NCBI GenBank assembly: GCA_963664825.1
Contig: OY761614.1
Coordinates: 1,664,001-1,728,000, forward strand
DNA length: 64,000 nucleotides
Reading direction: 5' to 3'
DNA from: an uncultured Holophaga sp.
Lineage (GTDB): Bacteria > Acidobacteriota > Holophagae > Holophagales > Holophagaceae
The notes under the pieces were generated by a model that saw only the letters and a list, made by a program, of their open reading frames with translations, was not told the DNA's origin and did no database searches. A program made the position numbers and the translations under genes. Shown here piece by piece: positions 58,486 to 64,000 of the stretch; the first letter of the stretch is position 1; every line of letters starts with the position of its first letter.

Positions 58486-59346
58486 TCAGGGGATACGGTA
58501 TACCGTGGGGCGCAACGGGATGAGGCCATCGCAGATGCCCGTGAGGCTCTCGGAATGGCCTACGATGAGCAACCCCCCGGGCTTCACCTGGGCCATGACG
58601 GCCTCCACCACCCGGCGCTTCTGGGGGACATCGAAATAGATCAGGACGTTCCGGAGGAAGGCCACATCGAAGGGACCCAGCTTCGGCAGGGGTTGGCAGA
58701 GATTGGCCTGGGTGAAGGAAACCCGTTCCCGAAGTTGGCGGCTGATCATGAAGAGGCCCTCGTGCTTGTCTTGCCCCCGGAGGCAGAAACGCTGAAGGAA
58801 ATCCTTCGGGATCGTCGCGGCCCTTTCCATGGGGTAGAGGGCCTTCCTCGCTCTCTCCAGCACCCGTGTGCTGATATCTGTACCCAGGATCTGCCACTCC
58901 GCGCTGCCCAGAAGATCGGATAACACCATGGCGAGGGTATAGGCTTCCTCACCCGACGAGCTGGCTGCGCTCCAGACCCTGAAGGGAAAGGGCACGGGGC
59001 GCAGGCCCTGAATATGCTCCCGAAGGGATTTGAAATGATCGGCCTCACGGAAGAAGGAAGTCTCATTGGTGGTGATCAGGTCGATGGCTGCCTGGAGTTC
59101 GTCCCCTTCCCCTGGATCCTGGAGAATCTTGTAGTAGGCGGAAAAGCTTTCGGCCTTCCGATGCCGCAGGCGCGAGCCGAGACGGCCCACCACCAGGGCC
59201 CGTTTCTGGTCCGAAAGGCTGATGCCCGTGACTCGCAGGACCAACTGCTGAAAATGAGCGAACTCGGTATCGGTAATGGGTGCGAAGCCCCCGGAGGTGG
59301 GAAGGGACGCGTTATTAGTTGGTTTTGCGGGAGGATTCGGAGTCAC
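58486..59346 (-). CDS. cheR: Chemotaxis methyltransferase CheR
   Basis: TTNETSFFRE, WSAASSSGEE, RNVLIYFD, GHSE. Confidence 0.96.
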   Translation of the reverse strand: MTPNPPAKPTNNASLPTSGGFAPITDTEFAHFQQLVLRVTGISLSDQKRALVVGRLGSRLRHRKAESFSAYYKILQDPGEGDELQAAIDLITTNETSFFREADHFKSLREHIQGLRPVPFPFRVWSAASSSGEEAYTLAMVLSDLLGSAEWQILGTDISTRVLERARKALYPMERAATIPKDFLQRFCLRGQDKHEGLFMISRQLRERVSFTQANLCQPLPKLGPFDVAFLRNVLIYFDVPQKRRVVEAVMAQVKPGGLLIVGHSESLTGICDGLIPLRPTVYRIP

Positions 59347-59882
59347 TGGGTGGGTTCCATCACAGCCTTGTCGCCTGAGAGGGCCGAGAGCTCATCGGTG
59401 GAGAGTACGTGGTTCACGTCCAGGAGGATGACGAAGCGGGTGCCGATCTTGCCAACGCCACTCAGGAACTCCCTGCGGATATCCCCCCCGAAGGAAGGCG
59501 CTGGCTCGATCTCGGAAGCGGCCAGCTCCAGCACTTCGCTCACGTTCTCTACGATGACACCCACAACCACGGGACCCTCTGGCCGGGGCACCTCCAGGAT
59601 GACCACACAACTCCGACGGGCCACCTCTGTGAGAGGGCGCCCGAAGCGCACGGAGAGATCGATCACCGGCACCATGGCGCCCCGAAGATTGATGACGCCC
59701 CGGATGAAGGGGGGCATCAGGGGCACTTCGGTGAGTTCCCCGTACTGGATGACCTCCTTCACATAGCCAATCTCCATGGCGAAAGCTTCTCCACCCAGTC
59801 CAAAGGCGAGGTACTGCTTCTTCCGCTCCGCCGGGGGAGCGTTCTTGATTTTCCGGGCGCCGGGTCTGTTGGGTTCCGCCAT
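59343..59882 (-). CDS. cheW: CheW coupling protein
   Basis: VP..P.FIRGVINLRG..VPVIDL. Confidence 0.95.
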   Translation of the reverse strand: MAEPNRPGARKIKNAPPAERKKQYLAFGLGGEAFAMEIGYVKEVIQYGELTEVPLMPPFIRGVINLRGAMVPVIDLSVRFGRPLTEVARRSCVVILEVPRPEGPVVVGVIVENVSEVLELAASEIEPAPSFGGDIRREFLSGVGKIGTRFVILLDVNHVLSTDELSALSGDKAVMEPTQ

Positions 59883-59908
59883 GACAGGCTCCTCCTTGTG
59901 ATGCGGGT

Positions 59909-61552
59909 TCAGAAGCGGGTGAATTGTTGGCTATCTGCATCATCGGACGGGTTGGCCCGCTGGATGGGAACCTTGGGTGTCTTTTTGGGAGCCGTGTTTC
60001 GCGCCCTTTGAGATGATGGCTTGGTCCTTCCCCCCGCGAGCGTGAAGAATTCCATGGTGTTCTGGAGCTCCTGGGCCTGGGCGTTCACTTCTTCCGAGGT
60101 GGAGGCCAGTTCTTCGGAAGCGGCGGCATTCTGCTGCACGGCCTGGGTGATCTGGGTGAGGGCCCCATTGATCTGGCCCACGCCGGAATTCTGTTCGGCG
60201 GAAGCCGCCGCGATTTCCTGTACGAGATCGGCGGTCTTCTGGATGGAGGGAACAATCGTTTCCAGCAGTCCGCCCGCTTTTTCGGCTAGGCCTACGCTGC
60301 CCGAGGCCAGCTGACTGATCTCTTCGGCGGCCACCTGGCTGCGTTCGGCCAGCTTGCGCACTTCGGCTGCCACCACGGCGAAGCCCTTGCCATGCTCGCC
60401 CGCGCGGCCAGCCTCGATGGCGGCGTTCAGCGCCAGCAGGTTGGTCTGGTAGGCGATGTCATCGATGATGGCGATCTTCTGGGCGATCTGCTTCATGGCC
60501 GCCACGGTCTCCCGCACAGACTGGCCGCCCTCCACGGCTTCTCGGGCGCTGCGAGTGGCGATATCGCCTGTGACCTTGGAGTTCTCGTTATTCTGCGCAA
60601 TGGAGGCGCTCATCTCCTCCATGCTGGCCGAGGTCTCTTCCACGCTGGCCGCCTGCTCCGAGGCTCCCTGACTCAGGGATTGAGCCGTGGAACTGAGCTG
60701 GTCGGAAGCGCCCACGAGCGTTTCCGCGTTCTCCCGCACCCGTCCGATGATCTCATTGAGTTTGGCCACCATACCCTGGATGGCCGCCATCATGCTGCGG
60801 GTGTCCCCGGGCGCCGTATGCACTTCCACGGAAAGATCCCCGCCTGCCACCTGCTGGGCGATCTCGGCGGCCTCCCGGGGTTCTCCTCCCACCTGTTTCT
60901 TGATGGCCCGGGTGACCGTCAGCCCCAGGCCGATGGCCAATAGGATTCCAAGCCCCACGGCCACTTCCATCTGAGTGCTGGCCGAGGAGGCCTGCTTGGC
61001 GTTATCCGTGGCGATCTTTTGAGCGGCATCCACGTTTTCATTGATCATTTTGTTGAGGAGGTCATTGAGCTCATTGGTGATCTTGCCGACGCTCGGGCTG
61101 TAGGACACGGCAACGGCCTCGGCGATCTTGCCCTCCAGCCTGGCATTGATGATGGGCTGGGAGACTTCCTTGTCGTACAGGGCCACCAGTTCCTTGAGTC
61201 TGGCTAGGTCGGCCTTCTCGGCAGGGGTCGTCACCTGCAGGGTGTAGGCCGCCAGGGCGTCCTCCAGGAGCTTCCAGTTCTTCTCCCTGGCCCTCAGGAC
61301 CGCATCAAGGCGCTCCTTGTCCGGAGCGGAGGGCGACTTGCTCAAGGAGTTCCTTACCAGCTGGAAATTGCCGTTGAAGGCATCCAGGTTCTTCATCGGC
61401 GCTGTCGCATGCTCATACATGTACCGATCGCTAGTGGCCAGCACACCCACATTGACGATCCCGATGACTCCTATGATCCCGGCGATCACCGCCACGAACA
61501 CGAAGGCAAGAAGGAGCTGGGTGGCCAAACGGAGGTTCGAAAGCGCATTCAA
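59909..61552 (-). CDS. Methyl-accepting chemotaxis protein (periplasmic helical sensor) with C-terminal QFTRF pentapeptide
   Basis: Two TMs; [26 protein letters not shown] start. Confidence 0.93.
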   Translation of the reverse strand: MNALSNLRLATQLLLAFVFVAVIAGIIGVIGIVNVGVLATSDRYMYEHATAPMKNLDAFNGNFQLVRNSLSKSPSAPDKERLDAVLRAREKNWKLLEDALAAYTLQVTTPAEKADLARLKELVALYDKEVSQPIINARLEGKIAEAVAVSYSPSVGKITNELNDLLNKMINENVDAAQKIATDNAKQASSASTQMEVAVGLGILLAIGLGLTVTRAIKKQVGGEPREAAEIAQQVAGGDLSVEVHTAPGDTRSMMAAIQGMVAKLNEIIGRVRENAETLVGASDQLSSTAQSLSQGASEQAASVEETSASMEEMSASIAQNNENSKVTGDIATRSAREAVEGGQSVRETVAAMKQIAQKIAIIDDIAYQTNLLALNAAIEAGRAGEHGKGFAVVAAEVRKLAERSQVAAEEISQLASGSVGLAEKAGGLLETIVPSIQKTADLVQEIAAASAEQNSGVGQINGALTQITQAVQQNAAASEELASTSEEVNAQAQELQNTMEFFTLAGGRTKPSSQRARNTAPKKTPKVPIQRANPSDDADSQQFTRF

Positions 61553-61615
61553 TTTCGACTCCTTAGGGTGGGTTGAGGGATTCGATTACTTTCACAGAGC
61601 GGATGCCTTGGGGAT

Positions 61616-64000
61616 TTAGAAGCGCGTGAATTGCCGTTCGTCGGCATCATTGGACATGCCGCTCCGCTTGGTGGACGCCTTGGGCGGCGTCTTCCGCGGG
61701 GTCCGAGTCTCCGCACGGGGCTCCGTGAGCGTGAAGAACTCCATGGTGTTCTGGAGCTCCTGGGCTTGGGTGTTCACCTCATCGGAGGTCGAGGCAAGCT
61801 CTTCCGAGGCCGCCGCGTTCTGCTGTACGGCTTGCGTGATCTGGGTCAGGGCTCCATTGATCTGGCCCACGCCGGAGTTCTGTTCGGCGGAAGCTGCTGC
61901 GATCTCCTGCACGAGGTCGGCGGTCTTCTGGATGGAGGGCACGATGGTCTCCAGCAGGGTGCCGGCCTTTTCGGCTAGGCCTACGCTGCCTGAGGCCAGC
62001 TGGCTGATCTCTTCGGCGGCCACCTGGCTGCGCTCGGCCAGCTTGCGCACCTCGGCTGCCACCACCGCGAAGCCCTTGCCGTGTTCCCCGGCCCGGCCCG
62101 CTTCGATGGCTGCGTTCAGCGCCAGCAGGTTCGTCTGATAGGCGATGTCATCAATGATGGCAATCTTGTGGGCGATTTGCTTCATGGCCGCCACGGTTTC
62201 CCGCACGGCTTGGCCTCCGTCCACGGCCTCCTTGGCGCTGCGGGAGGCGATATCTCCGGTCACCTTGGAATTTTCGTTATTCTGGGCGATTGACGCACTC
62301 ATCTCCTCCATGGAGGCGCTGGTCTCCTCCACGCTCGCCGCCTGTTCGCTGGCCCCTTGGCTCAGGGTCTGGGCCGTGGTGCTCAGCTGATCGGACGCGT
62401 TGACAAGGGATTCCGCGGCTCCCCGCACATCCGCGATGGTCGAGGCCAGTTTGGCGATCGTGTTGTTGATGGCGGACTTGAGCTCCTTGAATTCGCCCTG
62501 GTAATCCTTCTCGATGTTCTGGGTCAGGTCCCCGGATGCAAGGGAGCCCATCACTCGCTTGACTTCGTTGATCGGCTCGACGATCGCCTCGATCAGTTCG
62601 TTGAGGCTCTGGACGACCTCCTTGAATTGGCCGCGATGGAGCGAGACATCGCTGCGTTCTCCAAGCTTTCCCGCGATGCCTGAGGCCGCAAGGCGCTGAA
62701 CATCGTTGATCAAGAGATTCAAGGGTGTGATGACGGCATCAAGGGTCGCATTGACGCCTTCGATCACATGCCTATACTCGCCCTGGTGCTTGCTTGCGTC
62801 GGCTCGCACATCGAATTTCAGCGCCACAGCCGCATTGGACAACATGGTGGCATCGCTGACCAGCGCGTTGAGAGACGCGCCCACCTGCTTGAAGCTGTCG
62901 TTGATCTTGCCGAACTGGGACTGCACCTCCTTGGTGTACTGATCCGAGGCAGGAAGCGTGAGATCGAGATCCAGATCTCCGCCACTCAGGCGTTCGAGGT
63001 TCAGGGCCACGCGCCGGACTTCCTGCTCGGTGTAGTTCTTCACCCGCAAGGTGGACGTGAGATCGGTCACGGTCTCCACGTAGCCCACGGTCTCGCCTTT
63101 GGCGTTGAGCACTGGGGCCGTGTCCTGCTTGCAGTTAAGGCCGCACCAGTCGAAGAAGCTCTCCTTCACGCCGCTCCGTAGCTGGACAATGCCGCACTTG
63201 TTCGTGTTGCAGATGTTCGCGTTGGCCGTCGAACATGGACGGTGGATTGCATCCTGGCGGTCCCGGATGTTGCCCTGATCGACCATCAACTTCTCGAAAG
63301 CCTTATTGAGGAACGTCCACTTCATGTCCATATCCGTGACATGGATCGGGAAGGGGACGGCATCGATGATCGACCGGTACCATTCCAGCTTGTCCACCAC
63401 AACATCCAGCGTCTCGTTGACGCCCTCGATGACCTTCCGGTACTCACCTGCATGCGCCATGGCATCGGCACGGCTGGAGAACTGACCCTGGATGGCGTCG
63501 ATGGACATCTTGTTGACGTCGGTTACCAGAGCCTTCAGCGAAGTGCTCACCATCTTGAAGCTGTTGTTTATCTTGCTGAATTGCGCATGCACATCCTTGG
63601 TGTAGTTGTCTGTTTCGGGCAGGGAGAGATCGAGATTGAGATCACCATTGCCCATGCGTTCGAGGTTCAAGGCCACCCGCTGGACTTCCACCTCGGTGAA
63701 ACTCTTGATCCGCAGGGTGGACGTGAGATCGGTCACGGTCTCTACGTAGCCCACGGTCTCGCCCTTGGCGTTGAGCACGGGGGCCGTGTCCTGTTTGCAG
63801 TTCAGGCCACACCAGTCGAAGAAGCTCTCCTTCACGCCGCTCCGCAACTGGACGATGCCGCACTTGTTCGTGTTGCAGATGTTCGCATTGGCCGTTGAAC
63901 ACGGACGGTGGATGGCCTCCTGGCGGTTCCGGATGTTGCCCTGATCCACCATCAACTTCTCGAAGGCCTTGTTGAGGAAGGTCCACTTCATGTCCATGTC
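61616..64000 (-). CDS. Chemoreceptor with tandem Cys-rich PAS/HAMP units, 5' end outside window
   Basis: Two near-identical PAS-like units, HAMP-like linkers, signalling domain, QFTRF tail. Confidence 0.92.
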   Translation of the reverse strand, partial: DMDMKWTFLNKAFEKLMVDQGNIRNRQEAIHRPCSTANANICNTNKCGIVQLRSGVKESFFDWCGLNCKQDTAPVLNAKGETVGYVETVTDLTSTLRIKSFTEVEVQRVALNLERMGNGDLNLDLSLPETDNYTKDVHAQFSKINNSFKMVSTSLKALVTDVNKMSIDAIQGQFSSRADAMAHAGEYRKVIEGVNETLDVVVDKLEWYRSIIDAVPFPIHVTDMDMKWTFLNKAFEKLMVDQGNIRDRQDAIHRPCSTANANICNTNKCGIVQLRSGVKESFFDWCGLNCKQDTAPVLNAKGETVGYVETVTDLTSTLRVKNYTEQEVRRVALNLERLSGGDLDLDLTLPASDQYTKEVQSQFGKINDSFKQVGASLNALVSDATMLSNAAVALKFDVRADASKHQGEYRHVIEGVNATLDAVITPLNLLINDVQRLAASGIAGKLGERSDVSLHRGQFKEVVQSLNELIEAIVEPINEVKRVMGSLASGDLTQNIEKDYQGEFKELKSAINNTIAKLASTIADVRGAAESLVNASDQLSTTAQTLSQGASEQAASVEETSASMEEMSASIAQNNENSKVTGDIASRSAKEAVDGGQAVRETVAAMKQIAHKIAIIDDIAYQTNLLALNAAIEAGRAGEHGKGFAVVAAEVRKLAERSQVAAEEISQLASGSVGLAEKAGTLLETIVPSIQKTADLVQEIAAASAEQNSGVGQINGALTQITQAVQQNAAASEELASTSDEVNTQAQELQNTMEFFTLTEPRAETRTPRKTPPKASTKRSGMSNDADERQFTRF
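62900..64000 (-). repeat. Intragenic tandem repeat, period 666 bp (222 aa)
   Basis: The MDMKWTF codons begin at 63997 and 63331. The PAS portions are near-identical at DNA level; the left boundary is approximate. Confidence 0.9.

Noticed and set aside
427..63898. Many long antisense or alternative-frame ORFs (e.g. 2637-3770, 16697-18268, 23052-24878, 27148-28998, 34574-36079)
   Set aside because: They are shadows of well-supported genes, as expected in GC-rich DNA, and have no motifs of their own.
1..64000. CRISPR array, tRNA, rRNA, riboswitch
   Set aside because: No regularly spaced repeat-spacer pattern, cloverleaf or recognisable aptamer was seen by eye. A covariance-model search was not possible, so small RNAs could be missed.

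Overview
GC-rich bacterial chromosome segment. Gene content and style suggest a Holophagaceae/Geothrix-like acidobacterium; this is inference only. The backbone is housekeeping: PilR-like regulator, pseudopilin, yceD-rpmF-plsX, pyrH, argF, cstA, acyl-CoA dehydrogenase, ubiE/menG, gpmI, oxyR/ahpCD, ferredoxin, pyrRB, purL and an FKBP. It ends in a large minus-strand chemosensory and c-di-GMP cluster that runs off the right edge. The best candidate for an undescribed system is an AT-rich, IS-scarred island right after pyrH (about 4.5-10.4 kb). It carries a 59-aa double-glycine-leader, Cys-containing peptide gene (4924-5103, missed by the ORF track), a C39-like/VKOR/thioredoxin fusion, an HlyD adaptor and an internally deleted peptidase ABC transporter. 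This reads as a disulfide-maturing bacteriocin/RiPP-type locus that is probably decaying. Other notable items: a GmrSD nuclease with an extra C-terminal domain behind a type I HsdR stub; a 208-bp CTAG-bounded multi-hairpin element whose ends contain the stop codons of two convergent genes; three PilZ/pseudo-receiver paralogs coupled to a B12 radical SAM-TPR gene, one of them knocked out by an intact ISL3; a His-less hybrid kinase; and a chemoreceptor with tandem Cys-rich PAS repeats. No CRISPR, tRNA or rRNA was seen. All family calls come from motif recognition by eye, not from database searches.
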